From: Spirochaeta lutea
GTDB taxonomy: Bacteria; Spirochaetota; Spirochaetia; DSM-27196; Salinispiraceae
NCBI RefSeq assembly: GCF_000758165.1
Contig: NZ_JNUP01000067.1
Coordinates: 77,646-141,645 of the forward strand
Length of the DNA stretch: 64,000 bases
Direction of reading: 5' to 3'
Both the position numbers and the translations under genes were made by a program. The notes below the pieces were generated by a model. The model was not told the DNA's origin and did no database searches. It worked only from the letters and a program-made list of their open reading frames with translations. Shown in pieces: positions 46,771 to 55,809 of the stretch; positions within the stretch are counted from its first letter, which is position 1; each line of letters begins with the position of its first letter.

Positions 46771-47211
46771 ATGAACGACTTTGAAGTACTCCAGGGAGTA
46801 CCACTTTTTAAGGCTCTGAACCCGAAATACCTCAAGACCATTTACAAGGCCTGTACCCGCCGGGATTTTGCACCCGGAGAGTACCTGGTAGAACAGGGAA
46901 CCCAGGGAGTTGGGCTTTTCATCATCGAGAGCGGTTTGGTGAAGGTCATTAAAACCCGCACAGACGGAACCATCATTGATGTGGCAAAACACGGTCCCGG
47001 AGAGTTTATCGGGGAAATGAGCATTATTGACGGTGCTCCCCGGTCAGCAAGTGTCCAGGCTCTGGAGGCGACTCAATGTCTTGTACTCTCAAGCTGGAGC
47101 TTTCAGTCCATTCTGGAGGCCCATCCCGAGGTGGCCTTGGGAATCCTCCCCATGCTGGCTAAACGCTTTCGGGAGACCAACGAGGCGCTGCTCAAGGCCC
47201 AGGGTGAATAA
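46771..47211 (+). CDS. Stand-alone cyclic-nucleotide-binding (CAP/CRP effector-type) domain protein.
   Basis: Phosphate-binding cassette GEFIGEMSIIDGAPRSASVQA with the conserved Arg. Beta-roll context. 146 aa with no DNA-binding domain. 12-nt gap from the cyclase gene. Confidence 0.8.
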   Translation: MNDFEVLQGVPLFKALNPKYLKTIYKACTRRDFAPGEYLVEQGTQGVGLFIIESGLVKVIKTRTDGTIIDVAKHGPGEFIGEMSIIDGAPRSASVQALEATQCLVLSSWSFQSILEAHPEVALGILPMLAKRFRETNEALLKAQGE

Positions 47212-47228
47212 CCGGTAGGATCGTCGCC

Positions 47229-48275
47229 ATGTTACCAGGAAGAACGGTTCGCATCCTGTCCATTGATGGCGGCGGTATCCGGGGCATTATTCCGGCCCTG
47301 CTTCTCCATCACATCAAACAGAATCTTGAGGCCCGGGGGCAGGAGAAACCCTTTGCCCGGATCTTCGACCTTGTCGCGGGCACCTCCACCGGGGGCTTGA
47401 TCGCCCTGGGGCTCACGGCTCCGGATACCGAAACCCCTCCGGCATCAAACCTGCTCTCCTGGCTGACTCGCCGCCGCCCGGAACCGAAACTGGGCATCAT
47501 GAACCTGGTGGATTTCTACCGGAAACAGGGAGAGTCTATCTTTCCCTCCCGGGGATTCCACCGCTGGAGGAACCTTGCCCAGGCGTTTACCGAAAAATAC
47601 GATACCCAGGCACTAGAAACCATCGCCCGGGACATCCTGGGCGACCTTACCCTGCGTCAAACCCTCTGTCCTGTATTGATTACTGCCTACGACACCACCC
47701 GAATGTCCATGCAGCTTTTCCGGACCACCAAGGCCCGGATCGATAAGAAGGAAAACTTCTACCTCCGGGATGTTCTCCGGGCCACCAGCGCCGCTCCAAC
47801 CTACTTCGAGCCCCACCAGCTCAGTCCGGTAGACCGGCCGGACCTGGAGTATACCATGGTGGACGGTGCGGTGTTTGCCAACAATCCCGCCCTCCTGGCC
47901 TACTACGAGGCGAAGCGGATTTTCCCCCTGGCAAAACGCTTTGTCATTGTATCCCTTGGAACGGGACGGCAGCAGCGCAGCTACGAGTACGACCAGATGC
48001 AGCGCTGGGGCTTCCTAGACTGGATCAACCCCCTGAAGGGCGTCCCCCTGCTCACCATGATGAACTCCGCCCAGAATCAGCTGGCCACCTACCAATTGGA
48101 TCGTGCCAGGGATGTAGACTATATCCGCCTGGACCGCGCCCTGGAGGGCTGCAGCGCCCGGATTGACGATGCCAGCCCCCGAAATATCGAGTGCCTGGAA
48201 GAGTTTGTAGAAAAAATCATCGCCAGCTCCGAACCCGAGCTCACCCGCATAATCAACCTTCTTAAGCGAGCCTAG
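47229..48275 (+). CDS. Patatin-like phospholipase.
   Basis: Oxyanion DGGGIRG, lipase pentapeptide GTSTG, catalytic Asp in MVDGAVFANNP. 17-nt gap from the cNMP-binding gene. Confidence 0.85.
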   Translation: MLPGRTVRILSIDGGGIRGIIPALLLHHIKQNLEARGQEKPFARIFDLVAGTSTGGLIALGLTAPDTETPPASNLLSWLTRRRPEPKLGIMNLVDFYRKQGESIFPSRGFHRWRNLAQAFTEKYDTQALETIARDILGDLTLRQTLCPVLITAYDTTRMSMQLFRTTKARIDKKENFYLRDVLRATSAAPTYFEPHQLSPVDRPDLEYTMVDGAVFANNPALLAYYEAKRIFPLAKRFVIVSLGTGRQQRSYEYDQMQRWGFLDWINPLKGVPLLTMMNSAQNQLATYQLDRARDVDYIRLDRALEGCSARIDDASPRNIECLEEFVEKIIASSEPELTRIINLLKRA

Positions 48276-48342
48276 GCCCATTTCCACCAGCAGCCCAAGG
48301 AGTAGCCCAAGGAGCAGACTCGCCCACCTGCTGGTCCGTAGG

Positions 48343-49842
48343 CTACCTGGATCCGGTGATCATGGTAACCCAATCCTCCGGTAACAGGGAAACGGGATAG
48401 ACGAAGGCAATCCTCCCCTCGGAGGAGCCCCGCACGACCTGGGTCGGCATCCCAACCAGATCTCCCCGGTGGTTCAAGGCTGCCCCTCCGGAGTTTCCCG
48501 CATTAATCTCGCCGTCCGTCTTGATGATGGCCCCAAAATCACCCCGGTTCTCAAAGCCGCTGACCACCCCCCGGCTCAGGGTAATGGTCGTCCGGGTACC
48601 CAGACTGCCCACCCGGGGATAGCCGATGAAGGTCAGCTCCTCCCCCAGGGTTAGGTCATCGGGGTTGCCCAAACTCAGGTAGGGTAGATTCAAGGGATCG
48701 GGCAGGGGTTGTCCGTAGAGCCCCGAGGTTATCCGCAGCAGGGCGATATCCCGGGCGGGATCGACTGCCACTACCCCGGCTTTGAACAGTTCCTGGGGCG
48801 GAAAACGGTGGTCCAGACTGAGGCTGACCAATACCTCCGTCCCCATGAGGTGGGAGGCTTCAACCACGTGGTAGTTGGTAAGAATGAGCCCATCGGGAGA
48901 TACGATGCACCCCGAACCGCCTCCGAACTCGTCTAGTAATTCAACGGTGGCGTAGAGCTGCCGAGTTAGGTCTCCGGGGTTGGCGGTCCCCGGGAACTGA
49001 TCGCCTCGGGGAAGGGCCGGATAGGATAACAACCGGGCCGGCGCCTGATCCCCCAGGCTTGCTTCCAGGGTAAAATCTGCCCCCACATCATCCATGGCCG
49101 CCAAGACCATGATTCCGTAGCGGATGGTCCGGTCCTCCTGGGCGTCTAGTACCAGCCATTCTGTAGAACTGTAGGAGCGGGACTGGTATTCCGCCTCATA
49201 GGGATCCGCCCGCAGCCCCCCGATAAATACGTAGAGGTCTGCGTCGGCCTGGGATCCGTTTAGGTCGATACGGAGGGTCCGGGTTCCCCGGGGCACCGTT
49301 ACCTCGTAGGCAGCCATCATTCCCGATCCGGGTTCCAGTGAACCGTGTACCGGCTGGCCCGGCTGAAGCATCGATCGGGATTCCGGCCGGATGATATCCA
49401 TGGTAAGGGTGTAGGGTATCAGCTGGCGGCTTCTCCCCTCCCAGGCGGGAGGCTTGTTCCACTGGTAACTGACCTCAATCCAGTAGACCCCGGGTTCAAT
49501 CCGGGGCTCGTTTAGCCGGGACAGGTACAGTTCTTCGTTGTAGCGTTCTGTCTCGGAATAGACCACCAGCTCCTCGTTTTCGTTAAAGAGGGCAAGATCC
49601 AGATCCGCCCGGGCGCCGGAGAGGGAAAACCGCACGCCGTAGGCGGTGGACGGGATGGAGATCCGGTACCGCTGGGAGGGCATATCCGTGACGGTATACT
49701 CCAGGCTACCCTGGGCTGGGCTTCCGGGTATTAGGCGCAGATCCCGGGTCTGCCCGGCCAGGGGGGAGAGTCCAAGCATGAGAAACACCCCAAAAAAAAC
49801 AAACCATCTACCGCCGTACCGGCCCCTCGGGTATATAACCAT
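48343..49842 (-). CDS. Secreted trypsin-like (S1 family) serine protease with N-terminal pre-peptidase/beta-sandwich domains.
   Basis: Catalytic triad context TNYHVVEA (His), DIALLRI (Asp), GNSGGAALN (Ser). N-terminal signal peptide. Confidence 0.7.
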   Translation of the reverse strand: MVIYPRGRYGGRWFVFFGVFLMLGLSPLAGQTRDLRLIPGSPAQGSLEYTVTDMPSQRYRISIPSTAYGVRFSLSGARADLDLALFNENEELVVYSETERYNEELYLSRLNEPRIEPGVYWIEVSYQWNKPPAWEGRSRQLIPYTLTMDIIRPESRSMLQPGQPVHGSLEPGSGMMAAYEVTVPRGTRTLRIDLNGSQADADLYVFIGGLRADPYEAEYQSRSYSSTEWLVLDAQEDRTIRYGIMVLAAMDDVGADFTLEASLGDQAPARLLSYPALPRGDQFPGTANPGDLTRQLYATVELLDEFGGGSGCIVSPDGLILTNYHVVEASHLMGTEVLVSLSLDHRFPPQELFKAGVVAVDPARDIALLRITSGLYGQPLPDPLNLPYLSLGNPDDLTLGEELTFIGYPRVGSLGTRTTITLSRGVVSGFENRGDFGAIIKTDGEINAGNSGGAALNHRGDLVGMPTQVVRGSSEGRIAFVYPVSLLPEDWVTMITGSR

Positions 49843-49914
49843 CTTTCCATCCTTTTCCCTGGTATCCTATGCTATAGTAGTAAGAAATATCAATAATTGC
49901 GAAAGGACGGTACT

Positions 49915-50367
49915 ATGTCATATCAACGGACCTTTGCCATGCTTAAACCAGGAGTGCTGCAGCGCAGGATTTCCGGCGATATAATTTCTCGGATTGATCG
50001 CAAAGGGTTGAAGATTCTTGCCCTAAAAATGATGGTGATTGACAAGCCCCTGGCAGAGCGGCATTACGCTGAACACCAGGATAAACCGTTTTTCACGGAG
50101 CTGGTTTCCTACATGACCAGTGGACCGGTGTTGGCGATGGTATTGGCGGGGGAACATGCTGTCCATCAGCTGCGGGTACTCTGCGGTCCTACCAATCCCG
50201 ACCAGGCGCCTCCGGGGACTATCCGGGGGGATTTTTCGGAGATCATGAATAGAAACGTTATCCACGCATCGGACTCTCCCGAGAGTGCCGAGCGGGAAAT
50301 AGGCCTCTTTTTTACAGACCAGGAAATACACGAATACGAGGACGATAATGATAAATGGATCTACTAA
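49915..50367 (+). CDS. ndk: Nucleoside diphosphate kinase.
   Basis: RTFAMLKPGVLQRR...NVIHASDS contains the catalytic His. About 150 aa. Confidence 0.9.
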   Translation: MSYQRTFAMLKPGVLQRRISGDIISRIDRKGLKILALKMMVIDKPLAERHYAEHQDKPFFTELVSYMTSGPVLAMVLAGEHAVHQLRVLCGPTNPDQAPPGTIRGDFSEIMNRNVIHASDSPESAEREIGLFFTDQEIHEYEDDNDKWIY

Positions 50368-52789
50368 GTCTCCGGCTTTTACTGCCGGGGGCAGCGGCGG
50401 ATTAGCCGGGGACGCCGGCGGGCTTGGGGTATCCGGCAGCAGCGGCTTAGTCGCGGGCAGCGGCGGAGTGTCCGGCGGATTAGCCGGGGGCGCCGGCGGG
50501 CTTGGGGTATCCGGCAGCAGCGGCGGAGGGCTCGGATATGCCGCAGGTGGCGGCCCCCGGATGGCTGCGGGTGCTTCTGGGGGAGCTGGTGGAACGGGGG
50601 TCGTCTCTTCCCCCATGGCATCCTCCGGGGGCGCCAGTGCCTCCGGTTCGGGTTCCGGTGCCTCCGGTTCCGGTGCTTCGGGTTCCGCTTCCGGTGCCTC
50701 CGGGGCCGGGTATAGTGCCGGGTCCCCCGGGGGAAACCGAACCCTGAAGAGCCCTCTGGGTGATGTGACCGACCTCGGGGATCCCCAGCTCTGGCAGCTG
50801 GAGTCGGTGTACCCCGGGCTCGACAGCCCTCAGTATAAAGGAGATATCCAAGAGCTCCGGGAGCTCATAGAACGGGCCAGTAAGGTCTTTGCCGAGGAAC
50901 CGGACTCCCAAACCAGGGCTGTAGAGTGGCTCACCCAGTGCCTGGATCTTCAGGCCCGGATCGCCACCCTGGACGAAACCCTGGAAAGCTATCTCTATTG
51001 CCGGTACTCCACCGATACCAGAGACAGTGCCGTCATGGCGGAACTGAACGCCGTGGAAGCCATGGTGGTGCCGGCAAAAACGGCCCAGGTGGTGTTCCGC
51101 AACAGCCTCGCCCGGGCCTGTTCCCGGGGATTTTTCGGCAGGGCGTTGGCGGACCCCCCGGGGTCGAGCCGTGGAGCCTCCCAGGCCCGGGAGGTATCCC
51201 GGGCCATTCGTGAGAGCTTGGCGGATCTTCCCCCCGGACTTGCCGATTTTCGGTTTGTTCTGGAAGAGGCCCTGGAGGAACAGAAGCACCAGATGAGCCC
51301 TGAGCTGGAAGACCTCGCTGCTGATCTAAACCGTTCCGGCGGTGAGGCCTGGGGCCGGCTGCAGCAACAAATTTCTTCCAACCTCTCCATGCCCTGGAAG
51401 AACCCGGGTGAATCGGATAAAACGCCGGGAACGCCCGCCGCCCCAGCCTCTTCCCGGGATTCCGCCGAGGGATCCAGGGCAGAAGACCCTTCAGGTTCTG
51501 TAGAACAACCCGATCAACCCCAGCGAAAAACCGTCATCGAGCTTCGATCCCTGGCCTTCGATCCGGACCGCCGAATTCGAAAACAGGCCTACGAGCTTGA
51601 GCTGGAGGCATGGAAACAGGTGGAAATACCCATGGCGGCAGCCATAAACGGGGTAAAGGGATTTTCTATAAGCATTGATTCGCGCCGGGGCTATGAAGAA
51701 TCCCTGGACCGCTCGGTAGCCCTTAACCGCATAACCCGGAAAACCCTGGATGCCATGATTTCAGCCATGGAACAACACCTGCCCGACTTCCACCGGTACC
51801 TCCAGAAGAAGGCGGAGCTGCTCGGCTTGGAACGCCTCTCCTTTTACGACATCTTCGCTCCCCTGAAGGCCCCGGACTCACCTGAACCCGCCCCACCCCG
51901 GAACAGCGGCCGGGATCAGTCCTTTCCCAGCACCTGGAGCTATGAACAGGCCGGAAATTTCATCATCGAAACCTTCCGGGGCTTCAGCCAGGACCTGGGC
52001 GACTTTGCTGCAAAGGCCTTTGAGTCCCGGTGGATCGACGCGCGGCCCCGCCCGGGAAAGATCGGAGGCGCCTACTGTACCGATCTGCCAAAGCCCGGAG
52101 AAAGCCGTATCTTGGCAAACTTTGACGGCAGTTTTTCCAGTGTTTCCACCCTGGCTCACGAACTCGGCCACGCCTATCACAGCTATGTGCTCCGGGACCA
52201 GCCCCAGCTCCTGCGCAGCTACCCCATGACCCTGGCGGAGACCGCATCCATCTTCTGTGAAACCATTATCTATAACACTGCCATTGAGAATTCAGGGGGA
52301 TTCCAACGTCTGAGCCTCATCGAGGGCATTCTCTCCGAGAGCACCCAGGTGATCGTAGACATTCTCAGCCGCTTTTATTTTGAGCGGAATCTCTTTGGAT
52401 CCCGAAAGAACCGTGAACTGAGCCCCGACGAGCTCTGCCAGGCCATGGTCCAGGCTCAGAAGGACAGCTACGGCCCGGGACTCAACCAGGAAGAACTGCA
52501 TCCCTACATGTGGGCAGTAAAGGGCCATTACTACAGTCCTGAACTGGCTTTTTATAATTTCCCCTACGCTTTCGGACAGCTCTTCGGCCTCGGACTCTAC
52601 GCCCAGTATAAGGAGAACCCCAGAGAGTTCCCGGAAGCCTACCGGACCATCTTGGTAGAAACCGGCCGTGCCAACGCAGTGGATGTCTGTAAGTCGGCAG
52701 GCTTCTCCATAGAAACCCCGGACTTTTGGAATCAGGGACTTTCTGCTATAGTCAATTTTGTGAACATCTTCACCAAGGGATCAACATGA
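50348..52789 (+). CDS. pepF: M3-family oligoendopeptidase F with a ~120-aa Gly/Ser/Ala-rich N-terminal extension. The true start may lie further downstream.
   Basis: Zinc motif HELGHAYHS, with downstream PepF-like blocks. The N-terminal low-complexity region is encoded by a 51-bp direct repeat. Stop overlaps the gpsA start (ATGA). Confidence 0.75.
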   Translation: MINGSTKSPAFTAGGSGGLAGDAGGLGVSGSSGLVAGSGGVSGGLAGGAGGLGVSGSSGGGLGYAAGGGPRMAAGASGGAGGTGVVSSPMASSGGASASGSGSGASGSGASGSASGASGAGYSAGSPGGNRTLKSPLGDVTDLGDPQLWQLESVYPGLDSPQYKGDIQELRELIERASKVFAEEPDSQTRAVEWLTQCLDLQARIATLDETLESYLYCRYSTDTRDSAVMAELNAVEAMVVPAKTAQVVFRNSLARACSRGFFGRALADPPGSSRGASQAREVSRAIRESLADLPPGLADFRFVLEEALEEQKHQMSPELEDLAADLNRSGGEAWGRLQQQISSNLSMPWKNPGESDKTPGTPAAPASSRDSAEGSRAEDPSGSVEQPDQPQRKTVIELRSLAFDPDRRIRKQAYELELEAWKQVEIPMAAAINGVKGFSISIDSRRGYEESLDRSVALNRITRKTLDAMISAMEQHLPDFHRYLQKKAELLGLERLSFYDIFAPLKAPDSPEPAPPRNSGRDQSFPSTWSYEQAGNFIIETFRGFSQDLGDFAAKAFESRWIDARPRPGKIGGAYCTDLPKPGESRILANFDGSFSSVSTLAHELGHAYHSYVLRDQPQLLRSYPMTLAETASIFCETIIYNTAIENSGGFQRLSLIEGILSESTQVIVDILSRFYFERNLFGSRKNRELSPDELCQAMVQAQKDSYGPGLNQEELHPYMWAVKGHYYSPELAFYNFPYAFGQLFGLGLYAQYKENPREFPEAYRTILVETGRANAVDVCKSAGFSIETPDFWNQGLSAIVNFVNIFTKGST
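50396..50525. repeat. Two copies of a 51-bp direct repeat (GGCGGATTAGCCGGGG-R-CGCCGGCGGGCTTGGGGTATCCGGCAGCAGCGGC) at the 5' end of the pepF ORF.
   Basis: Direct reading. Copies at 50396-50446 and 50475-50525 differ at one position. Confidence 0.75.
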
Positions 52790-53868
52790 AATCAATCGGC
52801 ATGATCGGCGGCGGTGCATGGGGCACGGCCATCGGAAAGATACTGGCGGAAAAAGGGCACCAGGTTCAGATATGGGCCTACGAGCAGGAACTGGTGGACT
52901 CCATCAACACCCGGCAGGAAAACAACCTGTACCTGCCCGGGGTAAGTCTGCCGGCCAACCTCACGGCCGATAGGGATATCCGGGCCGTGGCCCAGGATAA
53001 GGATTTTGTCATCTTTTCCACCCCATCCCTTTACCTGCTGCCCGCAGTCCGGCAAATCGTCACGGTACCAAACATTGCCGAGGGGCACACCCCCCTGGGA
53101 GTGCTCACCAAGGGATTCGTCCATACCCAACGCGGACCCCGGCTCATCCTGGAGACCATGGAGGACTACCTGCCTGGATTTTACAAGGGCAACCTCGTGT
53201 ACATCTCCGGTCCGAGTCACGCCGAGGAGGTCGCCCGGGGCAAGCTCACCGGTTTGATCTCCGCCAGCCAGAACCCCAAAAACTCCATCCGGTTCCGGGA
53301 ACTCTTGAACTCCGAAACCCTGATGGTCTTCTCCAGCCTGGATGTAATCGGCGTACAGATCAGCGCCGCAGTAAAAAACGTGGTCGCCATAGCCTTCGGC
53401 ATTATGGATGCTATGAAGGAATTCTCAGGAACCGTGGGAGATAACACCGAAAGCCTCCTCCTTGCAGCGGGTCTAAACGAAATCCAGACCATCGCCCGGG
53501 CCATGGGCAGCACCCATCCCGAAACCTTCACCTCCATCGCAGGAGTTGGCGACCTGGACGTTACCTGCCGCTCCATCCACGGCCGGAACCGCCGCTTCGG
53601 CCGGGAAATCGTCCTGAAGCACATCTTGGAACCCTTTTCCTCCATCGATGATCTGCTCAGCAACCTCCAGGAACTCGGCTACCTTCCCGAAGGCGCCGTG
53701 GCTGTGGCCAACGTCAAGGAACTGGCGGAACGGCTGAACCTGAAACTGCCCATAAGCAGCGGGGTATTCCGCATCCTGAACAAGGAAAATACCCCCATGG
53801 ACGAGGCTCGGGGAATCTTAGCAAGCCTGACCGGCGCCCGGCTGGACTTCCATGTAGATTTTCCCTGA
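52786..53868 (+). CDS. gpsA: NAD(P)H-dependent glycerol-3-phosphate dehydrogenase.
   Basis: N-terminus MKSIGMIGGGAWGTAIGKILAEKGHQVQIWAY is the canonical GpsA Rossmann start. About 360 aa. Confidence 0.9.
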   Translation: MKSIGMIGGGAWGTAIGKILAEKGHQVQIWAYEQELVDSINTRQENNLYLPGVSLPANLTADRDIRAVAQDKDFVIFSTPSLYLLPAVRQIVTVPNIAEGHTPLGVLTKGFVHTQRGPRLILETMEDYLPGFYKGNLVYISGPSHAEEVARGKLTGLISASQNPKNSIRFRELLNSETLMVFSSLDVIGVQISAAVKNVVAIAFGIMDAMKEFSGTVGDNTESLLLAAGLNEIQTIARAMGSTHPETFTSIAGVGDLDVTCRSIHGRNRRFGREIVLKHILEPFSSIDDLLSNLQELGYLPEGAVAVANVKELAERLNLKLPISSGVFRILNKENTPMDEARGILASLTGARLDFHVDFP

Positions 53869-53980
53869 CCAGCCTCCCCCGACCCCCCGCCAGAACCGAA
53901 CCGTTACCCCTCGGTTCACCCGGCCGGTACCCCCGGGGAGGCCAGAAAGAACACAGCCCACGGCTGGAAAAGGAGGCACC

Positions 53981-54565
53981 ATGGCCCGCGCCAAGGATCA
54001 GGAAAAACGGCAACTCATTCTCACCACCGCCAAGGCCCTCTTCGCGCGCCAGGGCTTTCACAACACCAGTGTCAGCCAACTGGTAAACCAGCTCGCCATC
54101 CCCGTAGGCTCCATCTACACGTACTTCCCTTCCAAAGAAGAAATACTCCAAGCCATCATCGAAGAGGGCTGGCAGGACCTTAAAACCGCCCTGGACCAGG
54201 AACTCACCCAAGCAGCCTCCCTGGAAGCCCAACTCGAGATTCTGGTGTCCAGCGTACTCCCCCGGCTCTTTCAGGACACGGATCTCATCTCAATCATCCT
54301 CAGCGAGGGTCTAGAAATCTCCCGATTAGACGAAAAAATCGACAGCCTCATCACCCTGGTTCTCAACCTCCGCAAAGAAGCCGGCCTCATGGAACTCTCC
54401 TCCGCCGACCCGGCCCTAACCAGAATTCGGACGGCAATAATTATCTATTTTCTCGGACTCATGAACGCCGCCAGACTCTGCACCCGAACCCCCCTGGGCA
54501 TCTCCCAGGCGGATCTGCTCAGCTTCATCCGAGACCTCATTCACCGTGAACTCGCTCTTTCCTAG
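53981..54565 (+). CDS. TetR/AcrR-family transcriptional regulator.
   Basis: N-terminal HTH ILTTAKALFARQGFHNTSVSQLVNQLAIPVGSIYTYFPSKEEIL. Confidence 0.8.
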   Translation: MARAKDQEKRQLILTTAKALFARQGFHNTSVSQLVNQLAIPVGSIYTYFPSKEEILQAIIEEGWQDLKTALDQELTQAASLEAQLEILVSSVLPRLFQDTDLISIILSEGLEISRLDEKIDSLITLVLNLRKEAGLMELSSADPALTRIRTAIIIYFLGLMNAARLCTRTPLGISQADLLSFIRDLIHRELALS

Positions 54566-55629
54566 GGTGATTTTACTGCCACCGGCAGGACAAGACCTTT
54601 TTTCTGTCCCCCGCCCTCTCGCCGAACCGGACTAAGATAGGGAGACTTCCTCCACATGGTTCGCAGCAAGGCACCACGGAACAGCCGCACCAAGGGTCGA
54701 ATCCTTCGTGTCCTTTCTCCCACCATGGTGTAATACTCCTCCAGAGTAACGCGCTGGTACCCCAGCAACTCCTGGCCCTCCCGGGTATCCATGAATCCAC
54801 AGTGAAAATCTGCCGTCGAAAACGCATTCTTCTGGAGAACCGCCCCCTCCATTCCGAAATAGGCCAACATCCGGGTAAGGTAGGCTGCGAAACTGGTTCG
54901 GCAATCCCGCCCCCCGGCGATATTAAAAATCTTCCGGCTGCCGGCGGGGTTTTCCACCCCTCGTATGAAGGCCCGGGCAACATCGTCAGCATGGCAAATC
55001 TCAATATCGGTATCCAAGGGCATCTCGAACATCAGGGGATCCCGCTGCAGCTTCTCAGGGCTTACCACATAGGTCAGCCGTAGCACCCGCCAATCCACAT
55101 CCGAACGGCGAACCAGGTCCTCAGCCGCAGCCTTCTGGATCGCATACCCATCCCGGTTCCCCGGAGAAACCGGGTCTCCCACCCGTATTTCCCCCGTTCC
55201 CCGTCGATCACCATAAATCGCTATCGATCCGGCATAGGCCAATACGGGCCGCTGTTTCCGGGGTATCGCCTCCAGCACCTTCAGCAGGGTCCGGGTGCCC
55301 CCCACGTTCACGGCCTCCGCCAAGGCTGGATGACTCTCCGAAGCCGGGGGAATCACGGCAGCCAGGTGAATCACCCCCTGGCAACCTGCTACAGCCTTTT
55401 CCAAAACCCCATAGTCGGTCACCGAGCCCCAAAAAATCTGGAGCAGGCTGTGTTTCGGCAGACTGCGCATGACCTCAAGACGCCGGGCGAACCGCCCCAG
55501 GCGCCTGATACTCCCTCGGGAACGGCGGTTGGCGACCTCTACCGCCCGCACCCGGTAGCCATCCCAGAGAGCCTGACGCACCACCGACCGACCCACCAAT
55601 CCACCCGCTCCGGTTATCACCAGTGTCAT
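54562..55629 (-). CDS. NAD-dependent epimerase/dehydratase (extended SDR family). Start placed at MTLVITGAGG; the ORF is open further upstream.
   Basis: Rossmann TGAGGLVGRSV. Catalytic YxxxK context (DGYAIQKAAAE). Confidence 0.7.
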   Translation of the reverse strand: MTLVITGAGGLVGRSVVRQALWDGYRVRAVEVANRRSRGSIRRLGRFARRLEVMRSLPKHSLLQIFWGSVTDYGVLEKAVAGCQGVIHLAAVIPPASESHPALAEAVNVGGTRTLLKVLEAIPRKQRPVLAYAGSIAIYGDRRGTGEIRVGDPVSPGNRDGYAIQKAAAEDLVRRSDVDWRVLRLTYVVSPEKLQRDPLMFEMPLDTDIEICHADDVARAFIRGVENPAGSRKIFNIAGGRDCRTSFAAYLTRMLAYFGMEGAVLQKNAFSTADFHCGFMDTREGQELLGYQRVTLEEYYTMVGERTRRIRPLVRLFRGALLRTMWRKSPYLSPVRREGGGQKKGLVLPVAVKSP

Positions 55630-55809
55630 ACCGCCCTCCTCTCCAACTTTGAACGAACATTCATTCTTTATTATACATCGGAAGGAACAGAAATTCCAGG
55701 ATAACCCCATCACCCGGCATAGATTAGACGGAACCCCTCCCAGGGTGGAAAAGAGATGTAAGCCCCGGCTTGTCACTACCCCGGGAATTGTGTATATTAT
55801 GCCCACATC

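Noticed and set aside
50023-50621. Pro-rich 197-aa and 80-aa minus-strand ORFs (PPAPPANPPDTPP...)
   Set aside because: They overlap ndk and the repeat-rich 5' end of pepF on the opposite strand. The repetitive Pro codons are simply the complement of Gly/Ser-rich GC repeats.
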